Source of the DNA: Haliotis rufescens
Taxonomy: Eukaryota
Direction: 5' to 3'
Length of the DNA: 64,000 nucleotides
Assembly: GCF_023055435.1 (NCBI RefSeq)
Contig: NW_025963957.1
Location: 2,108,001-2,172,000, forward strand
Shown: in pieces, positions 38,100-51,772 of the stretch
How positions within the stretch are numbered: position 1 is the first letter of the stretch
How the letters are laid out: every line of letters starts with the position of its first letter
Notes under the pieces: model-generated
The model's input: only the letters and a program-made list of their open reading frames with translations
The model's database searches: none
Told to the model about the DNA's origin: nothing
Program-made: the position numbers and the translations under genes

Positions 38100-39840
38100 C
38101 TGCCTGTAGGTTACGCGTAGAGTGCTTGTAGACTGTCTGAAGACTTCCTTTAGACGGCCTGTAGAATGTCTGTCAACTCTGTAAAGACTACGCACAGGTT
38201 GCTGCTAGATGACTGCCCGTAGACGCCGCTAGACTGTCCGTAGACTGTCCACATACTGCCTGTAGCTGCCAATCTAGCTGCCTGTAGACTGTCTGTGTAT
38301 CTTGCTGCCTGTAGACTGTCTGTGTATCTTGCTGCCTTTAGACTGTCTATGTATCTAGCGACCAGTGGAATGTCTTTGTATCTTGCTGCCTGTAGACTCT
38401 CTGTGTATCTAGCGACCAATGGAATGTCTTTGTATCTTGCTGCCTGTAGACTCTCTGTGTATCTTGCTGCCTGTAGACTGTCTGTGTGTCTTGCTGCCTG
38501 TAGACTATCTGTGTATATTGCTACCTGTAGGCTGTCTGTGTATCTAGCGACCAGTGGAATGTTTGTGTATCTTGCTGCCTGTAGACTGCAGCTGTCTGTG
38601 TATCATGCTGCCTGTATATTGTCTGTGTATCCTGCTGCCTATAGACTGTCTGTGCATCTAGCTGCCCGGATATTGTCTGTATATCCAGCGACCAGTGGAA
38701 TAGCTGTGCATCTAGCTACCTGTAGACTGTCCGTGCATAAAGCTGCCTGTAGTCTGTCTGTGCATCAAGCTACCTGTTTACAATCTGTGCATCAAGCTAC
38801 CTGTAGACTATCTGTGCATCAAGCTGCCTGTAGACTGTCAATGTATATTGCTACCTGTAGGCTGTCTCTGTATCTAGCGACCAGTGGAATGTCTGTGTAT
38901 CTTGCTGCCTGTAAACTCTCTGTGTATCTCGCTGCCTGTAGACTGTCTGTGTATCTAGCGACCAGTGGAATGTCTGCGTATCTTGCTGCCTGTAGACTAT
39001 CTTTTTATATTGCTGCCTGTAGACTGTCTGTGTATCTAGCGACCAGTGGAATGTCTGTGTATCTTGCTGCCTGTAGACTCTCTGTGTATCTCGCTGCCTG
39101 TAGACTGTCTGTGTATCTAGCGACCAGTGGAATGTCTGCGTATCTTGCTGCCTGTAGACTATCTTTTTATATTGCTCCCGTTTGACTGTATGTGTATATT
39201 GCTACCTGTAGGCTGTCTGTGTATCTAGCGACCAGTGGAATGTCTGCGTATCTTGCTGCCTGTAGACTATCTTTTTATATTGCTGCCTGTAGACTGTCTG
39301 TGTATCTAGCGACCAGTGGAATGTCTGCGTATCTTGCTGCCTGTAGACTATCTTTTTATATTGCTACCTGTAGACTGTATGTGTATATTGCTACCTGTAG
39401 ACTGTATGTGTATCTTGCTGCCTGTAGACTGTCTGTGCATCAAGCTGCCCGGATATCGTCTCTGTATCTAGCTGCCTGTATTTCGTCTGTATACCTAGCG
39501 ATCAGTGGAATGTCTGTGAAGCTGATAGACGGTCTGTGCATAAAGCTACCTGTAGACTGTCTGTGTATCTAGCGACCAGTGGAGTGTCTGTGTATCTTGC
39601 TGCCTGTAGACTCTCTGTGTATCTCGCTGCCTGTAGACTGTCTGTGTATCTAGCGACCAGTGGAATGTCTGTGTATCTTGCTGCCTGTAGACTTTCTGTG
39701 TATCTAGCTGCCTGTATTTCGTCTGTATAACTAGCGATCAGTGGAATGCCTGTGAAGCTGATAGACGGTGTGTGCATAAAGCTACCTGTAGACTGTATGT
39801 GTATCTAGCTCCCCACGGAATGGCTGTGCTTTTAGCAGCC
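38100..39840. repeat. 27-bp minisatellite (tgtgtatcttgctgcctgtagactgtc) with a second variant unit (ctagcgaccagtggaatgtc)
   Basis: Direct repetition, giving a 9-aa periodic ORF. Starts with a degenerate 11-bp periodic zone. Confidence 0.95.
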
Positions 39841-40268
39841 TGTCTTATCACGACGCACCAGCATTTTTGAAATCCAATGCTGACATGGCTTGTATACCTT
39901 TTCGGAGAAAACCATAAGCACGAGCATGGTGCTGACAAACCAAGGATCTTAATCGGAGAGAGCCTGTCAATCGACCCATCACCAGCAGCAAAGGGACATA
40001 ACCCTGAACAACAAATTCCGAGTGCATTGGGCCACCAGTGTGCCCAACACGAAGAGCCTACCAGATAGCTTAGTTATGGTGACTTCGGTGGCACCTCTTC
40101 TGAAGTCCAATGTGTTCTTCTAAAAATTGTGTGTCTCTCCATAATAACAACATTCATCACCACCATCGAACTTAGTTAACTTTATTCATGATAGTTAGAT
40201 ACAGAGTCCTAAAACTTGAGATTTTACATTACACAATAAATCAATCGGTCTGACGTATAATATAAATT

Positions 40269-41608
40269 TTAACAGTAGTTATCCTTGAGTTGGAAGCTCC
40301 TGAAAAAGGCATTCTGGTCGACAGGACTAGCGGAACATGCCGAATTGCCACCGAAGAAAGCCGAAAAGATGATGCCGTCGATTTGAACATCAGCGGCATT
40401 CCTCATAGTGACCCCAGTGACGTCAAACAGCTTACCAAGGCCGTTCGCCGAGAGCCTGATGTAGCCGTCAGCCTGCCCGGGGGTGTTCAGTCGGACGGTC
40501 ATCAACAGGGTGTACCACGTATTGTAGTCGAAATAGAAGCTGTTCCCCCCAGTCTTGTGTCCCCAGTCTTGATTACAATCGACTTCAGGTGAGCTACAGA
40601 ATCCTTCCTGCTGGGTGACATCGGGGGCAAAGAGACTGATCCCTCCCATGCCCGCTGTTCTCCAGATGAGGCGGGAGGTGAAGCAGTCCTTGCCGGGGTC
40701 ACCCCCAGCCGTACAGTTGACCCCACCTCCGTACAGCCCCGGCAACTTTCCACCGTAGGCGAAGTCGAACCCTGTTGGAAATAAGACCTTGTATTGGAGG
40801 GTGACACATTCCTTGGGTGCCACTGGGCTGGCGTAGAACTGTAGGCCGCTGTTCGGACCCGTCAAGGCGTATGAACCTTGGGAGAAGAAGATGTCGTGAA
40901 CTTTGTTGTTGCTACCATCGGGGTTCGGAGATACGGAAGCTGAATTGCCTCCGATGTATGTATCTTGGTGTATATTCCATCCGTTTCGCCACATGTTGTT
41001 ATTCTGCGGGTTGGCTGAGTTCCAGAACTTTACTGCAGCTGAGGATGTATAAATTATTATATTATTATTATATAAAGGATGTCTAATGTATTAATTCATA
41101 ACGTTCTTTGAGAATATGACCGCGTTGAATTTTTTAGGTCAGTATTCCAAGATGCAGTAGGCCCAGAAACCGGATAGGGATAATTTGAGGTTTTTGTCCT
41201 TATACTGAACTTTTAATAAGCATTACTTTTAAAGAATATTTCATTGCAAAATCATTCTAAAAACCAGAATAATTAACTGGCTCAAATAAAAATATAGTGA
41301 AGTAGGTCGAATCAAACACATTGACTGTATTGACGAGGGTTGTAATTTGTTTCATTCATGTATTTTCTGTACTGAATTAGTGAGTACAGATTTGCGCCCC
41401 GACTTGCTATTTTACAGAAATATGATTATCGTTGGCACCAGAAAATGGCTTCACACATGTGGGAATAGAACCCGAGCCTTCAGTGTGACGAGCGAATGCT
41501 TTAATCGCTAGGCCACCACACCGACCCTTTGTTTAATGCATGATGAGGTCACTGACCTGTGGAGGAGATACAGCATCCCAGCAGCAGCAGCGTCAGCATC
41601 ATCGTCAT
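40269..41608 (-). CDS. Secreted PL14-like protein, type A copy 2, 273 aa; coding exons 41608-41557 and 41038-40269
   Basis: Same motifs and exon sizes (52+770 nt) as copy 1. Signal peptide MTMMLTLLLLGCCISSTA, canonical GT/AG, AATAAA at 40181-40186. Confidence 0.9.
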
Positions 41609-42895
41609 GGTATCTGGCCAAGAGAGAAAACGGCTTTCATTCATGGGTTCAGCATCCTGCACATGAAAGCAACGATGAAACGCTCCTCACTCTGTATATT
41701 CTCTAGGAACCTTGCCACAGGCGACTAAATGTCAGGGGAGCTAGGGTCTTGCCATCAACCTTATCAAAATGCGTTTTGTTTGTCTGCCAACTCTGTTCAA
41801 AATTATACAGTCATTAATGATTATAGTGAAGAAATAAAGACAACTTCTCAGTTTGAGACATGGCACACATGATATCATCTAGCCCTAGGCTGGCAATGGG
41901 ATCCATGTAGTGGAGCAGGGCCCCTTCAGTGCGGAAACAATCTCCAAGTGACGCAGGTCGTAGACGTTTACCCATTGGTGACGCCCACGACCACGGGCAT
42001 GGTCGTGCCACGCGGAGGCACTAGTTAGAACGAATCTTGGATTCGATTCAAGACGAACGGAACCTAGCACGACTTTTTCTCGAAGATACAGGCGATGGAG
42101 CTGACCACAGCTTTACTTCCGGGTGAGCACTCAAGGACGTTTGGTCGTCACAGCATTTGTAGCCATTAACGTATTTATACACCTGATGACCTTCGGACAT
42201 TTACAACGATGCTTCACGAATACACCATAGTGACATTTATAACAACAACCGATGCCCGGCATCTCAGCAAAGTCTTTCCAACACGACCGCCTCCGTGGTC
42301 TAGTGGTAGAGCGTCCGCCCGGAGAGCGGAACGTCCGGGGTTCGTCCCCAGCCGCGTCATACGTTAAAAGATCATACTAGTTGTATCGTTCGGCATTGAG
42401 AGACTAAAACAAACTGGTCGGCTCGGAGTCCGTATACTGTGCCGGAGTGGGGTGTTCATGTTAAACTGCGGCATGGTATTTCAGTTGGCTAGCACTATAA
42501 ATCGACATCAGTCTGGACTAGAACAAGCAGCCACACACACGTGCATGCACGACGCTATATAAGTGCAATAATCTTGTACGCGGCGTTAAACCCTATTTCA
42601 CCTCACCTAACCTCACCTCACCTTTCAAACACCACATTGACTGTCTGTTATGTATATTCTTGAAATTAACGATAACCATAAACAATACCCTATGTTTCCA
42701 TAATCAAAAGAAATCCATTGTACGATTCCGACTATATCATACGCATATGTTTATGAATCACTATTAAATAGTGTCACCAGAGGTTCGCGAAATGGCGAGC
42801 ATACCCGGCCCACTGGTGGCACCCGTCACAAACACATGCAAAGGCATAAGCTAACCTGGCATGTTGACAAACAATGCAACATTCACACAGCCTAC

Positions 42896-42958
42896 CTTGT
42901 CTCGGTTGTCAGCAAGGGAGAACAGTGAAAACACAAGGCCACTTGAGGTGAATATATA
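42896..42958 (-). promoter_or_regulatory. Putative TATA + non-coding exon 1 of type A copy 2
   Basis: Homologous to 33602-33664: TATATATT then AAG|GTAGG donor. Confidence 0.55.
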
Positions 42959-45375
42959 CTGCCTATATTATCTATAGATCAAATTAACTGACGTTAACAC
43001 AGAAAATTACTTCCGTTAAGGCCTGAAGGTGATCATAGTGTGACATCCAGAAAAGGAGATTTGATTGTTACGTGTCAAAGTCAGGTCGCGTGTCTTAGTA
43101 AGCCCTTAGGAACATTCAATTTAGGCCTCTTTAAGCTCACCTGATCTGACCAATGTTATCTAAAATTTCGGTATTCCGATCTGATTTTAAACATGCCACT
43201 GAAGGCGGCTATATCGAAAAAATGTCATTTAAAACATAACTAAGTCATCATGCAGAAAATTTATGGTATGCTTGAAAACATATATGGTATATTTCTGTGG
43301 CGTAGATGTGCTTTGACCCTCACGGGGCCCTGTGTTGGCGATCGACTCAGTGGTCTAGTGGAAGAGCGTCCGCCAATGAGACGTTAAAATATGGTTCTTG
43401 TTGTTACCCTGTCTGGCGCTCGGCATTAAGGGGCTAAAACAAGGACTAGTCGGCTCGAAGTCAGAATACTGTGTGGGGTATTCATGTTAAACTGCGGCAT
43501 GGTATCTCAGTGGGCTCGCGCTATGAATCGGCAACTGTCCTGACTAATACAAGCAGCTAAACACACAAACACACATGTGCATGCACGTCGCTATATAAGT
43601 GCAACAATCTTGGACGCGACGTTAAACCCCATTTCACCTCACCTCACCCTGTGTTGGTGAAGCTGCAATTCCGTGTATTTGTGGCTCTGTTTATCTGTTT
43701 TTTACTGTCTCTCCCAATTGAAATGATGCTTCGGCGTTGATAAAGTTGCAATTCCGTGTATTTGATCCCAGCAATATTGTTCAAAACGTTCGCTGAATCC
43801 CCATTCAATATTAAACATGGCCACCAAGGCAGCCATTTTAAACATGTCATTTTCAATCACACAGACATTTCTTAATGTTCTGATGAAACTAGGATAGGAA
43901 TAACACGTGTTGCATTATGTTATGTGTTCTAATATTTGTCACAGCCTCAACATGTATTTATGTTCATCCCCATTTATTCAGGGGCATGGTTTGCCCTGTT
44001 GTCTAAGGCGCCGCAATTCGCTTTTCAGAGTTGCCTCTCTTGGAAATCTAATGATATGATCGTGGGTTCGAATCCAGATTCGACCCAATTATGTTTCTAG
44101 GTTGGTCAGTACCATACCGATGCTCGTGGATGATAAGAAACAAAGTAAAGATTCAAATTAGAGACGTCTTATGGGTATTGATGGTCGTGGAATAAAGTAA
44201 AATGAAATCACAGAAAAGGATCACAGAATTATTCATCAGACATGCCAGGAAGGCAAAACAAATACAGACATAAACTATTTTTATTTATGTTAATTATTAT
44301 ATTGAAGTCGTATCAATAGTACACTGCCGTCTAAGGCGCCGCGATTCGCTGTGCAGGGCACGCCATAAACCTATGATTGTGGGTTCGATTACTGGTTCGC
44401 CCCAATTATGTTTCTAGGTTTGTCAGCACCATTGCCGTGCTCGTGGGTTTCACCGAAGTGGTAAAGGTCTAAGACCTGCAACACATTAAGCTGAAACGCC
44501 GCGACATAACTGTAATACTGTTAAAAAGTGGCGTTAAACCCAACTCACTCACTCACTCACTTTTAAAGTAAACGCTTGGAAAGGATGGAGGATGACCGCA
44601 CAGTGCACGTTTAACAGCCTGGTGTTTATTTAGCCGTTTGGCATTTCATATGTGTGAACACTATTGGTATATTAACCTCTTAACAGCCACGACGTCCACA
44701 GTGTACATAACGTTATACTCTGTTATTGAAAATCGAAATTTAATCCTGTATTTCTGCCATGAGTAAGGACAGAGAAACGTATTAGGCCTAACTGTACAAG
44801 GCTTGAAGTTGACAGGTTCTACAACTGTCGTTGCATGGCGATTTTCAAATCAAAGCGCAATGGTTACCAAATCGGGAAGATTTAAATGACCACACAAAAT
44901 CAATGAATAATCAATAAAATATTTTCAAACACCCATTTCAGGTTTTCGATAAAGAACGGCAATACAAGATGTAAAATAACCAACAGGTTGTAAACTGCTT
45001 GTACACTTGCAGTAGTGTGCCTGTTGACTTCCTGTATACTGCCCGTAAACTGCCTATTGACTGCCAGTATACTGCCCGTAAACTGCCTGTAGACCGCCGG
45101 TAAACAGCCTATTGACTGTCAGTATACTGCCCGTAAACTGCCTATTGATTGCCTGTAGACCGCCGGTAAACCGCCTATTGGCTGCAGGTAGACTGACCGT
45201 AAACCGCCTATTGACTGCCTGTATACTGCCCGTAAACTGCCTATAGACAAGCTGCCCTTTTAAGTTATCCAGTCATGAAATGTTTTTAAAACCGTAGATT
45301 GCCTGTAGGTTAAATGTGATGCTGGAAACACTATGACAAAAAAACAAAAAACAATTCTGAACTCTTCTATTTATA

Positions 45376-46744
45376 TACTCCTCAAAGAAGGAAACGCAAA
45401 GCCAGATTTGTGTGAGGTAGGAACATACATTTTTACGAGAGAACACTTGGTGATTGTTATCATCTCAGTTATAGGTACATAGAAAAGGTGAAGGTCAGCT
45501 ACCATCAATAACGCGTATGTCTACGGTTGGAATCGATAGCGGCCTGACATATCATGCCAAAGGAAGAGACGAGTATGCGAATCACACCCTGGGGGATGTT
45601 AGCCCAATCGGCCTGCAACGCAAAAGCCAACTGCTGCAACATCTTGGGTTGTGGTTGACGTCGGCGTAACCGTCTATCCAATTCATCCCACAGGTGCTCT
45701 ATCGAGTTCAAATCCGGGGATCTTGAGCGTTGTTGTTGTGTAGACAGGCTCTTGTAATCCATGCTGTATGCGGTCGAGCGTTGTCCTCCTGGAATACACC
45801 GTTGCCGTTGGTTGCAATTGGGAGGACATGTGATAGGAGAATTTCGTTGATGTATCGTTGAGCCATAAGATTGCCCTGGATATGGACCAAACCTGTTCTG
45901 CCATGATGAGAGATAGCCGCCCACATCATAACACTACCCCCACCAAACCTGTCCACTTTCTGTACGCAGTTTCCGGCGTAACGGTCTGACTGACGTCTTC
46001 CATCCCCTCGACGGAGGAGAAATCTTGATTCGTCACTGAACCAGACATCTCTCCATCGCAGTTGAGGCCCGTACCCTGTGTTGGCTACTCAATATGACGC
46101 GTCGAACAGGACGTCTTGCTCGTAGACCTGCTGCTCTTAAACGGTTTCGTACAGTCTGGTCGGAGATTCTGCGCAGTCCGGGTATTTGGGATGCGGTTGA
46201 GGTGGCTGTGGTCGTACTTTTACGTAGGTGGCGCAGTCGGATGTAGCGATTTAGGCGGGGATGGGTACTCTTGGTCGTCCCGACCTTGGCCGATTACGTT
46301 TTGACCCATGCTGTTGAAACCGATCCCATAGCCTTGTGATGGTGCTGGGCGCTACATTGATAACCCTGGCTACAGCTGATCGGGATTCACCGGTCTATGA
46401 CGTTGTTTCTTTGCACTTCTGTTAATCTTGGCATGCTTAACTGTCACTGTTCGATTGACGCAGATGCCAAGCAGACACATCCCTGCACTTTAATACCGTT
46501 TATACTGCTGCTGCACGTGCAGTACGTGCAGCTCCGTGGCCTTTTTGTTAATGCACTGGGTGCGGTTTTTCCGAATCGTACGTGTTTCCCGACTAATGGT
46601 TTGCATGTCCTTGTGATCATCATGATCTTGGAAATTTGTCACTGAAACTATAACACATCAAACCTCTTCATTTTGCACCTCTTGGTCCTCTATTTGCTTT
46701 TATTGCCAAAAAATTCGTATTGCGTTTCTTTTATTTGAAGAGTA
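45376..46744 (-). mobile_element. Decayed Tc1/mariner transposon (second family)
   Basis: TIRs tactcYtcaaa..a(a/g)gaaacgcaa with TA flanks. Broken transposase: FGGGSVMMW, FQEDNARPH, RSPDLNSIEHLWDEL. Confidence 0.9.
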
Positions 46745-47604
46745 TATATTTGGTATATTTGAGATGACAAGAACTAGTTAGTTAATTACAAATAAAAACG
46801 CGCCTGTAAAAAAAAGATGTTATTCAAAATAGCATAATGTTTGTTGTTTTTATCTTTATTTTACAATGTTTACATGCCAAGGGGATATAACTGAATTATA
46901 CTGTTGACTTCGGCGTTAAGTAACATACACTTACTCATTTGCATATGTAGCAGGACAAGTCGAATGGTCATGGTGACAAATGCACTAGAAACAGGAGATT
47001 GTTTAGAAACCACAGAAGCGTCTGTAAAATACACATATTGCATTTTATTTGTATGTCAGAACGTTATTTTTACAGACAAGTTACGCTGCAAGATTTGTAT
47101 TGATTTTAAAGCTGTTTGTGTACATCAGAATATATAAGTCCATTAATAATGCTTCAGATTCAGTTCACCAAGTGAATGTTCATAGCCATTACATTGTCTG
47201 GGTCTTCAAGGGTTTCGCTCAAAAGAAAGCCTTCCTTCACCCAGCAGTGAGTGGGTACCCGGTAGGATGAAATTGTAATATGACTAAACCTTGGTGTATA
47301 ACTCCCAATGGGAATGAGAGTGAAATTTGAGTGCACACTGATCCATCAACATCAAACAAAGTCACTTGCTAAGGGATACACAACATGTTGGGGAGCAGGG
47401 CGCCTGAAAAACTCTCTTGAGACAAGTTTCGAAATATGAATATGTAAAACAAAAACAGAAAGTGTGTTTCACTGTTTATTTAAATTCAAATAACATCTGG
47501 TATAGTGTGATTATGTTCACATGATGCCCATTTATTATATTTAAAATGACGATGATGAGGATGTGGAAACTTCGAAGTTGAGAGAAAACACAGTTGGGCA
47601 GGTT

Positions 47605-47972
47605 TTAGCAGACGTTGTCCTTGAGGGCGAAATACCGGAAGTAGACATGAGTATCAACAGGACTTCCGGAACATGACGATGTCCCGCCGAAATAATTGGA
47701 AAACAGAATGCCGTCGACTTTAACATCGGAAAACATATAATTTTTACCTCGCATTAAGGGACACATGATGGCCTCTGAACATTACATTCAGTGAAAAACA
47801 ATCAAGACCGGTTCCTTCCGGTCACATTTTGTAACAGAAATACATGAATGAGTGTCGTATATACTTAATACCTACATGGGCTTATATATCTACCTGTACG
47901 GGGGTCAGTTATCTTACCTGTGAAATGGCTGAGGGTGACAGTGGCCAGGAGCAGGTATCGGAGCTGAGACAT
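47605..47972 (-). pseudogene. Type-B PL14-like pseudogene with ~920-bp internal deletion
   Basis: Keeps the signal-peptide exon (47972-47918) and only the last ~40 codons (VDGILFSNYFGG...KDNVC*). The junction at ~47725-47727 (acATCgga) fuses sequence equivalent to 58927 and 59845 of the intact copy, removing the acceptor and most of the domain exon. Confidence 0.88.
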
Positions 47973-49223
47973 CGTCCTGTAACACTGACGTACCCCAAAC
48001 ATGCGGAACATTATCGGAGTGAAGAACACAACACAACACGTGAAGGACCTACCAAGGACGTGTCAGGAACATGGATATTACAGCTATATGGACATATGGA
48101 CAATAACGGACATAAAACACATAGACATTAAAAGAATAATACCTTTGTGACATAAACGAAGTGAGTATAGTTTTACGCCGCTTTTCCCAATATTCCAGCT
48201 ATATCACGGCGAGGGAAACCAGAAATGGGCTTCACACAATGTCCCCATGTGGGGAATCGAACTGAGTCTTCGGCGTACGAGCGAACGCATTAACCACTAG
48301 GCTACCCACCGCCCCCTCATATACGATGCATAAGACATTGAATATATAGGACAAATTAGAACCTTCAGTGTACTTCAGATACAAAACATTTACAAACGAG
48401 CGAAATATTTCAAGCACAAAATCGGAATAAGTGTTACTGTTATCGAAATATCACTCAATCATAATAGTTATGTTCACTTAGAGAATCGCCGTCATAGACG
48501 ATGACGGTTAGTTGGGCAACATGCGTTATTTAATAAAAAGTGACACTATTCGACTGTGGGTAACATACCTGTCCAACGCTGTTCCGTTGACGTGGAGTGA
48601 CGATTCTTCGGATGTGCTGTGCTTATAAACGGGTATTTCCTATCGTCGGATCATTTTGTTTGTGTTGATAGATAGGAGACGTGTACCATTTAATTCACAT
48701 TTAATTACTTTATCAACGAGTTTTATACCATTCATTATTTCCGCGTTCCCTCAGGTCACGGTGACCTAGCGAAAGACCACCTGCAGATAAATGTGTAGGC
48801 GCGATGATGTCACAAGTGTTCTCCACGTACATTGACACAGTCTCGGGTTGCTATAGCAAGAAAAAAACATAAGCACGAGCATGGTGCTGACAAACCAAGG
48901 ATCCTAATCGGAGAGAGCCTGTCAATCGACCCATCACCAGCAGCCAAGGGACATAACCCTGAACAACAAATTCCGAGTGCATTGGGCCACCAGTGTGCCC
49001 AACACGAAGAGCCTACCAGATAGCTTAGTTATGGTGACTTCGGTGGCAACTCTTCTGAAGACCAATGTGTTCTTCTCAAAATTGTGTATCTCTCCATAAT
49101 AACAACATTCATCACCACCATCGAACTTAGTTAACTTTATTCCTGATAGTTAAATACAGAGTCCTACAACTTGAGATTTTACATTACACAATAAATCAAT
49201 CGGTCTGACGTATAATATATATT

Positions 49224-50475
49224 TTAACAGTAGTTATCCTTGAGTTGGAAGCTCCTGAAAAAGGCATTCTGGTCGACAGGACTAGCGGAACATGCCGAAT
49301 TGCCACCGAAGAAAGCCGAAAAGATGATGCCGTCGATTTGAACATCAGCGGCATTCCTCATAGTGACCCCAGTGACGTCAAACAGCTTACCGAGGCCGTT
49401 CGCCGAGAGCCTGATGTAGCCGTCAGCCTGCCCGGGGGTGTTCAGTCGGACGGTCATCAACAAGGTGTACCACGTATTGTAGTCGAAATAGAAGCTGTTC
49501 CCCCCAGTCTTGTGTCCCCAGTCTTGATTACAATCGACATCAGGTGAGCTACAGAATCCTTCCTGCTGGGTGACATCGGGGGCAAAGAGACTGATCCCTC
49601 CCATGCCCGCTGTTCTCCAGATGAGGCGGGAGGTGAAGCAGTCCTTGCCGGGGTCACCTCCAGCCGTACAGTTGACCCCACCCCCGTACAGACCCGGCAA
49701 CTTTCCACCGTAGGCGAAGTCGAACCCTGTTGGAAACAGGACCTTGTATTGGAGGGCGACGCATTCCCTGGGTGCCACTGGGCTTGCGTAGAACTGTAGG
49801 CCGCTGTTCGGACCCGTCAAGGCGTATGCACCTTGGGAGAAGAAGATGTCGTGAACTTTGTTGTTGCTGCCATCGGGGTTGGGAGATACGGAAGCTGAAT
49901 TGCCTCCGATGTATGTATCTTGGTGTATATTCCATCCGTTTCGCCACATGTTGTTATTCTGCGGGTTGGCTGAGTTCCAGAACTTTACTGCAGCTGAGGA
50001 TGTATAAATTATTATATTATTATTATATAAAGGATGTCTAATGTATTAATTCATAACGGTTTTTGTCCTTAATGAACTTTTAATAAGCATTACTTTTAAA
50101 GAATATTTCATTGCAAAATCATTCTAAAAGCCAGAATAATTAACTGGCTCAAATAAAAATATAGTGAAGTAGGTCGAATCAAACACATTGACTGTATTGA
50201 CGAGGGTTGTAATTTATTTCATTCATGTATTTTCTGTACTGAATTAGTGAGTACAGATTTGCGCCCCGACTTGCAATTTTACAGAAATATGATTATCGTT
50301 GGCACCAGAAAATGGCTTCACACGTGTGGGAATAGAACCGGAGCCTTGAGTGTAACGAGCGAACGCTTTAGTCGCTAGGCCACCACACCGCCCCTTTGTG
50401 TAATGCATGATGAGGTCACTGACCTGTGGAGGAGATACAGCATCCCAGCAGCAGCAGCGTCAGCATCATCGTCAT
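49224..50475 (-). CDS. Secreted PL14-like protein, type A copy 3, 273 aa; coding exons 50475-50424 and 49993-49224
   Basis: Near-identical to copy 2, with intact frame and splice sites. AATAAA at 49136-49141. Confidence 0.9.
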
Positions 50476-51710
50476 GGTATCTGGACAAGAGATAAAACGG
50501 CTTTCATTCATGGGTTCAGCATCCTCCACATGAAAGCAACGATGAAACTCTGCTCACTCTGTATATTCTCTAGGAACCTTGTCATGGGCGACTTAATGTC
50601 AGGGAAGCTAGGGTCTTGCCATCAACCTTATCAAAATGCGTTTTGTTTGTCTGCCAACTCTGATTTTATTAGATATTTCAAAATTATACAGTCAATTATG
50701 ATTATAGTGAGAAATAAAGACAACTTCTCAGTTTGAGACATGGTAACATGATATCATCTTGCCCTAAACGGGCACTGGGGTCCATATCATGGAGCAGTGC
50801 CCCTTCAGTGCGGAAACAATCTCCAAGTGACGCAGGTCGTAGACGTTTACCTCTTTGGTGATGCCCGCGACCACGGGCATGGTCGTGCCACGCCGAGGCA
50901 CTAGTTAGAACGAATCTTGGATTCGATTCAAGACGAACGGAACCTAGCACGCCTTTTTCTCGAAGATACAGGCGATGTAGTTGACCATAGCTTTACTTCC
51001 GGGTAAATGCACGGATATTTACAACGATGCTTCTCGAATAACCATAGTGACATTCATAACAACAACTGATGCCTGGCATCTCAGCAAAGTCTTTCCAACA
51101 CGACCGCCTCCGTGGTCTAGTGGTAGTGCGTCCGCCAGGACCGGAGAGCGGAAGGTCCGGGGTTCGATCCCGGCCGCGTCATGCGTTAAAAGATTATACT
51201 AGTTGTTACCCTGCGCTCGGCATTGAGGAACTAAAACAAAGACTGGTCGGCTCGGAGTCAGTATACTGTGTCTGAGTGGGGTGTTCATGTTAAACTGCGG
51301 CATGGTATTTCAGTGGGCTAGCACTGTAAATCGACATCAGTCTGGACTAGAACAAGCAGCCACACACATGTGCGTGCACGACGCTATGTAAGTGCAATAC
51401 TCTTGTGCGCGGCGTTAAACCCTATTTCACCTCACCTCACCTTTCCAAAACCACATTAACTGTGACTATTATGTTAACAGAAACCATGCGCAATGTTTCC
51501 ATAATCAAATGTAACCCATTATACGATTCCGACTATATCATAAGCATATGTTTATGAATCACTATTAAATAGTGTTACCAGAGGTTCGCGAAATGGCGAG
51601 CATACCCGACCCACTGGTGGCACCCGTCACAAACACATGCAAAGGCATAATCTAACCTGGCATGTTGACAAACAATGCTGTACAGGAGTAGCGACATTCA
51701 CACAGCCTAC

Positions 51711-51772
51711 CTTGTCTCGGTTGTCAGCAAGGGAGAACAGTGAAAACACAAGGCCACTTGAAGTGATATATA
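51711..51772 (-). promoter_or_regulatory. Putative TATA + non-coding exon 1 of type A copy 3
   Basis: Homologous to 42896-42958. Confidence 0.55.

Noticed and set aside
38295-39572. 296-aa and 126-aa LSVYLAACR-repeat ORFs
   Set aside because: By-products of the 27-bp array.
47844-48131. + strand ORFs repeated in both units (also 60046-60252, 39877-40068, 48832-49023, 41540-41728)
   Set aside because: They are antisense to signal-peptide exons or lie in SINE remnants. The repetition is explained by the segmental duplication.
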